NCBI GenBank assembly: GCA_046761065.1
Contig: JBHIFL010000093.1
Location: 1 to 14,205 of the forward strand
Source of the DNA: Candidatus Heimdallarchaeota archaeon
Lineage (GTDB): Archaea > Asgardarchaeota > Wukongarchaeia > Wukongarchaeales > JBHIFL01
Direction of reading: 5' to 3'
DNA length: 14,205 nucleotides
Numbering within the stretch: the first letter of the stretch is position 1; each line of letters starts with the position of its first letter. Under the pieces are notes generated by a model. It saw only the letters and a list, made by a program, of their open reading frames with translations. It ran no database searches and had not been told where the DNA came from. A program made the position numbers and the translations under genes. Of this stretch, positions 8,197-14,205 are shown in pieces.

Positions 8197-8379
8197 TAGT
8201 GTAAGCCTTGAGCTATAAGATAGTGTAAGGCTTGCGTTATGAGATAGTGATGGTGAGATAGTGCAAGGCTTGTATTACGAGATAGTGAAAGCCTTACATT
8301 ATAAAATTGTGAAAGCCTTGCGTTATGAGATAATGAAAGCCTTGCGTTATGAGATAATGAAAGCCTTGCGTTATTGGGA
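8197..8379. repeat. Tandem array of 24-bp units (7 full + one 14-bp partial), consensus TAGTGAAAGCCTTGCGTTATGAGA
   Basis: Units start at 8197, 8221, 8245 (partial), 8259, 8283, 8307, 8331 and 8355. No spacers. Confidence 0.95.
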
Positions 8380-8544
8380 CAGTGATGCCGTAATGGCATA
8401 TCGGGTCTTAAGGGGAAGGTTTCCACATGTGCGAACAACCTTAAAATAAACTGGTACGACAAGGTAGAGGGTCTCCATATGGACGAAAAGTTACTCGTGC
8501 CCGAAGAGAAACTTTGTGGGACACATATTCAACGGAAGGAGACC

Positions 8545-10089
8545 ATGTTTACCATCCTCAGCTGGGCCGAATACTCCCCGAAAACCAAGCAAGGCAAAGC
8601 GACCGAAACCACGTGGGAGTTTAATGATGCCGAACAACAGGTGATCCTGAAGGGGGTCGCCATCTTTGCAGGGAGCGGGTGGGAAACCGGCTTCGCCAAT
8701 CCTGCCCAGTATGTGCCCGTGCCGCATCAGCGCAAGGCCCGCCAGCTGGGGCGGGAGCGGTACCACAAACAGCGGTTCCGCGGCTTAGTCCTATCCGAAC
8801 CGGACCTGCCGGAAGTACACGAGGAATTGGAGGACAGAGGAAAAGAGGACCAACGTGAATTAAACTTGCGAGAAGACCCGCGGCTTGCGATCAGAAAAGA
8901 GAGCCCTTTAGAGGTACCCGGGCCTGATCTGGGTCTCGAATTCACGAAACAGGAGCCTAACCGACTAGAGTTAAACGGAAAGGATGACTAAACAACACCC
9001 AATGAAGAGATCGCCGACCAAGGAGAGCTCCTGGACGATTTCGAGTTCGATGTTTCAGAAAGGTGCGGTCATGGGGGCGAAAGGGCCGAAGTCGAGGCCA
9101 ACCAGAAGAAGCCGTCGGAAGACCGCGACTTCGAAGGTGGGGCCTCGGGCAAGCGTGTAGAAACTCCCGAAGCCTCTTGCGGTCTGGAAAGAATAATAGA
9201 AGACAATAATATAGAAACATCAAAACCGCTCAAAGGGGATGTTGACGTAGTGGAGGTCCCCCGAGAAGCTTCAGACGAGGGTCTCACCCCTTGGATCCAG
9301 CAGTTAGGGAGCGAAGCGGAAGCGGAACGCCTTCGGGCCCAAGCCGCGCTGGTCAAGCAAGGTCAGGCGGCAGTCCTCCCATTAATCGCTGCGTATGCTG
9401 GGGTAACGGATGTGCAAGTGAAAGAGAGGATTGTTGCTTTACTGGGCTTAATTGGCGGGGACGCCGTGGATGCCTTGATCCAACAATTGGTGGAAAGGAA
9501 CCCCGGAAGACAAGAATGTGCAAGGCAGGCGCTGCCCCGCATTGTTGCAAGCCTCCCCACCCTATTGGCTCTACCTAAAACTCATCCGAACCTTAACAGC
9601 GTAGCGCAGGCCATCCTTCACGAGTTAGCCGCAAATCTGGGCTATCCATCCCTCGACCAGCTATTAACAGATTACAAATCATTAACACAGCAAACCAAAC
9701 CGCTGACATCCACGCAGCTACGTTACGAGCTTCGGGTGAAGCGAGTGCTTGAGGTCCTCGAAGAGGCGCGGGAATGTTTTAACAGTGATCTTTACTCCCA
9801 AACGATCCTGACCTGCGACTGGGTGATCCAGCAACTCCTCACGGCCATCCTCGAGTTCTTCCATCGTGATCTGGGAAATGACGCGAATAAACTGCCGATC
9901 GTGATCTCGACACTGCGTAATATCGGAGTCCGCATAAGAGCTGAAAAGGAGCTACGATGGCTGAGAATCCTGCGAAATGACCTCCGCTATGAACTAAAAC
10001 GCCCCACCAAGCGGGAAGCGAACCAAGCCCTCCGGGTGGCACGATATTTTACCCAGGAAGTGAAAGGTTTGCTCAGCCTCCGATTTTAG
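8545..10089 (+). pseudogene. ~514-codon gene (N-terminal domain + acidic linker + HEAT/PBS-lyase repeats + HEPN-like domain) split by one TAA at 8989-8991
   Basis: Track ORFs 8479-8991 and 9250-10089 share a frame and the 86 codons between them are stop-free and acidic. AAGGAG precedes ATG 8545. HEAT-like: WIQQLGS..ERLRAQAALVKQG..AVLPLI..VKERIVALLGLIG..AVDALI. HEPN-like: LEEARECF..LY..LRNDLRY..EANQALRVARYF. Confidence 0.8.
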
Positions 10090-10120
10090 AACCCTTGAGA
10101 TGTCATTTTAGGGTCCTAAA
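10085..10120 (+). terminator. Stem-loop immediately after the HEAT-HEPN stop
   Basis: tttagaaccct (10085-10095) / agggtcctaaa (10110-10120), 10/11 paired; extendable inward with G-U pairs. Confidence 0.4.
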
Positions 10121-10516
10121 TCATTGTTGGATAAGAGGCCAGGTTCATAGACCCTCTGGAGTGGGGTTGATGAGTACATACTGTTTGACAGACAAGGCAA
10201 TTGATGAGGTCTTGGTGTAGGATTACCGACCCTCAGAGGGGATGTACGGACTTATGATCCCTGGTTCCAATTCGTATAGGTTTCAAAGCGTTACCAACTG
10301 GAGCTAGAAAAATAGACCACGGGCAAGCACTTGGAAGCTTCAAAGGTTTCCAGGAGACCCTCCACATGTAGGCGCGCCTTTCGAGAATCCACAATGATGT
10401 TTTATCCTCGCAAGCTCTTCCCCTCCTTTTCACTCTTCTACTATCACGAAGCACAACAGATTATCTCCACAACTCAACGCTAGAAGCACTTTTTAGGAAG
10501 GCATAAAATCAGAAAT

Positions 10517-10548
10517 TTTACATCCATCCTTTGGATGGAGGATTCTAC
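10517..10548 (-). terminator. Hairpin downstream of the surface-protein gene (terminator or IS200/IS605-end-like relic)
   Basis: Perfect tccatcc (10523-10529), loop ttt, ggatgga (10533-10539), about 55 nt after the stop at 10593. Confidence 0.4.
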
Positions 10549-10592
10549 AAAAGTCTGTAGTAACGAAAGAAAGCCAACATTGAAGGAGTTAA

Positions 10593-13262
10593 TTACCTAG
10601 CTTTTCGTTTAACTCTTCTCACTAGGATCGTCGCCAGAAGCAGGGTCGCGAGAAGAATGCCCATGGGTCCTTCAGGAGTTGTGAATGCCCCAACCGGGGG
10701 GAGACTGGTCGAAGTTACTGTGGTTGGGGTGGTTGTGGTCGCTTCGAGGTTCTGAATGGTAAAGGGGACATCCGAACGGTCCTCCGCTGTGAGACCGTCC
10801 GAACAGGTGGCAACCACCTGGATCCGATACGCAGATCCATCCGTAACAGTGGTGGTATCCCACTCGTACTCCGAGGTCGACAATCCCGACGCTAGCAAGA
10901 TCCAAGTATATCCATCGTCCACAGTGTACGAGACTGTATAGGTGATGGAATGCTCCCATGTATCGATCGCCGCCGCCCATTGAATCGTGACCGTGCCTTG
11001 GAGCGTTTCGCCACCATAGGGATATGCAATTATCGGTGTCGAAAGGCTATGGGAGAGATCTACAAGTACCGTCAAAGGGGATAGGTCTTGGTTGGAGGCA
11101 TCCCCTTCGATGGGATAGGGAGCATCGGCAATCCCATCGCCATTCCGGTCTGTATTATCGTGGTCATCCCAATAGTTACGAGCAAAGACATTATTTGAGC
11201 CCGCATCGCCAGCTTGACCGCCCCCAGGATGGTTGCCCAGAAAATCATTCCACTTCACTGTGTTATCTGAACACAATAGACTCAAGCCAATTCCATAGCC
11301 AGTGTTATTGGCGAAGGTATTGTAGACCACCGTGTTCTTTTTACTCCAGTGTGGACTGAATGCTCCCTGCAGGCGAATTCCCCCACTGTTCTGGGTGACG
11401 GTATTGTGGGCAATAGTGATATTCTCAGAGCCAAAAAGGCGAATTCCCACCCCACACTCGGAAATGGTATTGTTAGCTATGGTACTATCCCCCGAGACAT
11501 GAACGTGGATCCCATACTGCCTGTTATTGGAAAAGGTATTGTGGTGGATGGCCAAGTACGAGCAACCAGCGGCGAACACGCCGGTTGGGACCCGGGCTAG
11601 GACTTGCCCCGTCACTTCGACCCCCGTGCAATTGAGCAGAAAGATTTGGCCGGCACCTAGGGGGACAGTCCCCCCACGCACATTCTGCCAAAAGACCAAG
11701 GGACGGCCGTTGACCACATTCTCCGCCACGGTCGCTTGGACATAATGTTCTATTGACCGAACACTAATGCCATGTCGATGGCTCCAATATAAATTGGTAA
11801 TAACTAGGCTATTATCGCGATTATCGACCAGCTGGTTCCCGACCAAGGTGTTCTGCCCCGAGGATGACGTAAGGGCAATTCCTTCCCCACACTGGGAAAC
11901 GGTATTATCGGCCAGGGTGTTCTGGTCAGCGGCATCAAGCTTAATTCCCGTCCCACACTGGGAGATGGAATTGTGGGCCACGGTGCTATGTCCCGACTCA
12001 TACAGGGCAATTCCTTCCGTCCCACACTGGGAGATGGTATTGTGGGCCACGGTGCTATGTCCCGACTCATACAGGGCAATTCCCGCCTCACACTCGGACA
12101 CGGTATTGTGGTGGATGGCCAAGTGCGAGCAAAAAGCGGCGAACACGCCGGTTGGGACCCGGGCCAGGGCTTGCCCCGTCACTTCGACCCCCGTGGAATT
12201 GAGCAGAAAGATTTGCCCAGCACCTAGGGGGACGGTGCCCCCACGCATATTCTGCCAAAAGACCAAGGGGCGGCCGTTGACCACATTCTCCGCCACGGTC
12301 GCTTGTAAATAGTGCTCAACTGGCCAAATGAAAGGCGTGCTGTAAGCATTCCCTCTTTCAGGTAGATATAACTCAATCACTAGGTCATTATTGACCAGCT
12401 GGTTCCCGACCAGGGTGTTCTGCTTAGCGGCTTTTAGGTAAATACCCTTCCTACAATTGGACACGGTATTGTTGGAGATGATGTTCTGGTCAGAGTACGC
12501 AAGCGTAATTCCCTCTTCACACTCGGACACGGTATTGTGAGCCACGGTGTTCTGCCCAGAGTCCAGGGGATCATTATTTATGGATTCAAGCGTAATTCCC
12601 ACCCTACACTCGGAAACAGTATTGTGGGCCACGGTGTTCTGCTCAGAGTCATAAAGCACAATTCCCGCCCATTCACACTGGGAGACGGTATTATAGGCCA
12701 CGGTGCTATTTCTAGAGTGAGACAGGGTAATTCCCGCCACACACTGGGAGATGGAATTGTGAGCCACGGTGCAATGTCCAGAGTCATAGAGGGCAACTCC
12801 AAACCGGCAGTTGGTAATGATATTGGATTCAATCATTCCATGAGTCACATGGTACAAATAGATTCCATGTGGTTCGCTAGGTAGGTTATTTAAGAGATTG
12901 TACCGGATGCGAAAATACGCCGTCGTATCTTGAATACGGATCAAGGTGTGGGTTACACTTGTAATATTCAGGTACTCAATGACATAGGGGTTCTCTTCAG
13001 TCCCCTCCCCAGGAAAGCCTAAGGCGGCAAAATCCGAATTGTTTTTGATAGAAATGGGCTCATGCTCCACATATTGCTGGGTTGGCAAGGCGATTGCGTT
13101 CTGGGGATTGTGGGGTGCCTCTGCATCCGAGATTTGGTGAATCTGGAAAGGGGAGTCAAGCCCTTTGGCGGTTGTTTCATCTCCTCTCCACGGAGCCAAG
13201 AAAACTAAAGCACTCAAGATCAGTATTATGTCGAAGACCCGAACAATAGGGTGGGGCTTCAC
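10593..13262 (-). CDS. Membrane-anchored parallel beta-helix (NosD/CASH, PbH1-repeat) surface protein with a DxDxDG-type Ca-binding loop, Ig/FN3-like domain, Thr-rich linker and C-terminal TM + basic tail (~889 aa)
   Basis: Likely start GTG 13262 after GAGGAGG, followed by a hydrophobic signal/anchor segment. PISIKNNSDF..GFPGEGTEENPYVIE motif, many GIxLxxSxxNTVAHNT repeats, DRNGDGIAD, PYGGETLQG..EWDTT, and TPEG-hydrophobic-RRVKRKAR. Confidence 0.93.
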   Translation of the reverse strand: MKPHPIVRVFDIILILSALVFLAPWRGDETTAKGLDSPFQIHQISDAEAPHNPQNAIALPTQQYVEHEPISIKNNSDFAALGFPGEGTEENPYVIEYLNITSVTHTLIRIQDTTAYFRIRYNLLNNLPSEPHGIYLYHVTHGMIESNIITNCRFGVALYDSGHCTVAHNSISQCVAGITLSHSRNSTVAYNTVSQCEWAGIVLYDSEQNTVAHNTVSECRVGITLESINNDPLDSGQNTVAHNTVSECEEGITLAYSDQNIISNNTVSNCRKGIYLKAAKQNTLVGNQLVNNDLVIELYLPERGNAYSTPFIWPVEHYLQATVAENVVNGRPLVFWQNMRGGTVPLGAGQIFLLNSTGVEVTGQALARVPTGVFAAFCSHLAIHHNTVSECEAGIALYESGHSTVAHNTISQCGTEGIALYESGHSTVAHNSISQCGTGIKLDAADQNTLADNTVSQCGEGIALTSSSGQNTLVGNQLVDNRDNSLVITNLYWSHRHGISVRSIEHYVQATVAENVVNGRPLVFWQNVRGGTVPLGAGQIFLLNCTGVEVTGQVLARVPTGVFAAGCSYLAIHHNTFSNNRQYGIHVHVSGDSTIANNTISECGVGIRLFGSENITIAHNTVTQNSGGIRLQGAFSPHWSKKNTVVYNTFANNTGYGIGLSLLCSDNTVKWNDFLGNHPGGGQAGDAGSNNVFARNYWDDHDNTDRNGDGIADAPYPIEGDASNQDLSPLTVLVDLSHSLSTPIIAYPYGGETLQGTVTIQWAAAIDTWEHSITYTVSYTVDDGYTWILLASGLSTSEYEWDTTTVTDGSAYRIQVVATCSDGLTAEDRSDVPFTIQNLEATTTTPTTVTSTSLPPVGAFTTPEGPMGILLATLLLATILVRRVKRKAR
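11535..12305. repeat. Intragenic repeats: 204-bp direct repeat (11535-11738 / 12102-12305) and 69-bp-period tandem pair (11948-12083)
   Basis: 12 mismatches in 204 bp with an in-frame offset of 567 nt. The tandem pair matches at 66/67. Confidence 0.93.
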
Positions 13263-13270
13263 GCCTTTGT

Positions 13271-13310
13271 CCTCCTCATTCTTCAATTGGCACCGTTTTC
13301 TTTTAAATAA
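13271..13310 (-). promoter_or_regulatory. TATA-like box and Shine-Dalgarno of the surface-protein gene
   Basis: TTATTTAAAA (13301-13310) and GAGGAGG (13271-13277) 8 nt before GTG 13262. Confidence 0.55.
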
Positions 13311-13525
13311 TTTGGAGCAATTGTCCACGATCGAAGACAATCCTCCGAATTTGTGGGGGCAGGCCACCACGAATTCGTTCCGGAGCCGCTTGGAGGGGGA
13401 ACCACATCTTGAGTTCTGTGATAGAATCTGTTCATGCTTCTCTTTTCAAATGGTGTGCAAGAACCTCTCAACCTTTTCGGTCCTGTCAATAACCGCTTTG
13501 ATGTTTTCATCAAAACAACTCCTGC
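13303..13525 (-). pseudogene. Possible degraded 3' end of an unknown gene
   Basis: FDENIKAVIDRTEKVERFLHTI*KEKHEQ (TGA 13446-13448), then after a frameshift SITELKMWFPLQAAPERIRGGLPPQIRRIVFDRGQLLQII* (TAA 13303-13305). Protein-like by eye only. Confidence 0.3.
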
Positions 13526-13529
13526 CACT

Positions 13530-13790
13530 ATAGGGATGGGTGTGAGCCGGGAGGGTTCTACCCAGTATTAGAACGGGTTTCCCCTCTAGCTTACCACTCT
13601 GGGGCTTCCGAGCAGCTTAGTGTTACGCTGCGAGCTACTAGACGAACCAGGGACTAAGCCGCAGTTGAAAGCGCTCAAGTGTTTGCGGTCCACTTCTCAC
13701 TTTGACACCCTGTGCATGACACAGGGAATTTTGTTCGAGCACTCCACGAAGGGGAGCTACTCCACAAAGGTAGCATCTCTGGAGTTTGAG
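13530..13790 (-). ncRNA. Candidate structured non-coding RNA / RNA leader of unknown family
   Basis: At least six nested stems (see findings), G-U pairs that work on the minus strand only, a GAAA tetraloop, and a promoter-like motif about 25-30 nt upstream. Confidence 0.55.
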
Positions 13791-13811
13791 GACAGATTAA
13801 CCGCGAAAGCT

Positions 13812-13833
13812 TCAAAATAAAAGATTTCCTTTC
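13812..13833 (-). promoter_or_regulatory. BRE/TATA-like promoter upstream of the structured RNA
   Basis: Minus strand GAAAGGAAA-TC-TTTTATTT; predicted start of transcription near 13790, where the first stem begins. Confidence 0.5.
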
Positions 13834-13884
13834 ATTTGTCACAAAACCAGTCGAAGTCATGATCAACCGAAGGAACAAATTGTG

Positions 13885-13910
13885 AGAAAAAGAAACTGCG
13901 TTCAACGCAA
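13885..13910 (-). terminator. Palindrome + pyrimidine tract; likely terminator of the upstream gene, or an operator
   Basis: TGCGTT-G-AACGCA (13897-13909) followed on the minus strand by GTTTCTTTTTCTC. Confidence 0.4.
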
Positions 13911-14069
13911 AATCCCTGATTCTCGAAGTCAAATAGCTAGTAGAGCCGGAAACCCTGTTGGAATGGGCTGAAATGCACATGCGCGCCTGCTTCGCGGCAA
14001 CACCTTCAACTTGCGCTCATTCCAAGTTTACTAGGTGTAGAAATTTCTTGACTTTATATGTGTGAACTG

Positions 14070-14204
14070 TTAGTACAGCCAGTGCCACCGGTCTGGTGCG
14101 CGGAAGGGGTCTTTCCATTCGTTGGTGCCATAGTCATACTCCACTTCCAAGTCGGCGAGGTTGAAGAGGTGGCTGTACAAGGGGCCACGGTTGAACCCGG
14201 CCAG
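14070..14204 (-). CDS. C-terminal 44 aa of an unknown gene entering from the right edge
   Basis: LAGFNRGPLYSHLFNLADLEVEYDYGTNEWKDPFRAPDRWHWLY*, GC3-rich codons, TAA at 14070-14072. Confidence 0.65.
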   Translation of the reverse strand: MAGFNRGPLYSHLFNLADLEVEYDYGTNEWKDPFRAPDRWHWLY

Positions 14205-14205
14205 A

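Noticed and set aside
8197-8379. CRISPR or TIGR-like guide array
   Set aside because: Units abut with only scattered point differences and no unique spacer blocks; no cas or Nop-domain gene recognised.
8196-8462. ORFs 8196-8462 (-) and 8261-8449 (+) as real proteins
   Set aside because: They are open only because the repeat unit is 24 bp; the peptide repeat changes frame at the 14-bp unit; no RBS.
8083-10101. 14-bp inverted repeats (atttcaagggttct / agaacccttgagat, 13/14) flanking the array and HEAT-HEPN gene as transposon TIRs
   Set aside because: Matches of this length are expected by chance in 14 kb; no target-site duplication or transposase.
10233-10454. 73-aa ORF as a gene or NucS-like relic
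   Set aside because: No convincing motif, RBS or coding composition.
11535-12305. DGR template/variable repeat pair
   Set aside because: The 12 differences are not adenine-specific, both copies are in-frame coding, and no reverse transcriptase is present.
10672-12884. Short overlapping ORFs within the surface-protein gene, and similar shadows at 11-193, 1595-1907, 2500-3405, 7255-7782 and 8491-10042
   Set aside because: Antisense or alternate-frame shadows of longer, better-supported genes.
733-13262. Alternative genetic code (TGA=Trp/Gly or TAA=Gln)
   Set aside because: Both paralogs stop at an aligned TGA with homology lost about 10 nt later; the surface protein ends naturally at TAA; long intact ORFs use only TGG for Trp.
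13263-13370. Track start of the 925-aa ORF at 13370
   Set aside because: The first 36 codons are non-signal-like and span the TATA and SD elements; GTG 13262 fits better.
13530-13790. Known RNAs: tRNA, SRP, RNase P, group I/II intron, HEARO/omegaRNA, TPP, Moco or c-di-GMP-I riboswitch
   Set aside because: Only short look-alike words are present (GUAGCUC, GGUUCG, GACCGCAAA, UAAUACUGG, CUCCCG..GGAG); the required core motifs and stems are missing.

Overview
Archaeal DNA, most likely from an Asgard (Heimdallarchaeia/Hodarchaeales-like) genome. This is inferred from the NosD/Ig-like/CTERM surface-protein architecture and TATA/BRE-like promoters; no marker gene is present. The window is an accessory region in decay. 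It holds an edge-truncated P-loop ATPase missed by the ORF track (1-468, -) and a 462-aa unknown gene (6226-7614) whose exactly collinear pseudogene paralog lies 5.5 kb away (733-2124). Several more genes are broken by in-frame stops or homopolymer frameshifts: a DUF2905-like membrane protein, a Zn-ribbon protein, and a ~514-codon HEAT-repeat+HEPN gene split by one TAA. There is also a 5'-truncated RxxxxH HEPN protein, a 24-bp tandem array (8197-8379) and a large beta-helix surface protein (10593-13262). The most interesting unexplained element is a ~260-nt densely base-paired non-coding region (13530-13790, -) sitting directly behind a BRE/TATA-like promoter, a candidate novel ncRNA or mobile RNA element. 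No CRISPR array, rRNA, tRNA, integrase or transposase was recognised. All family calls are by-eye motif recognition, not database hits.
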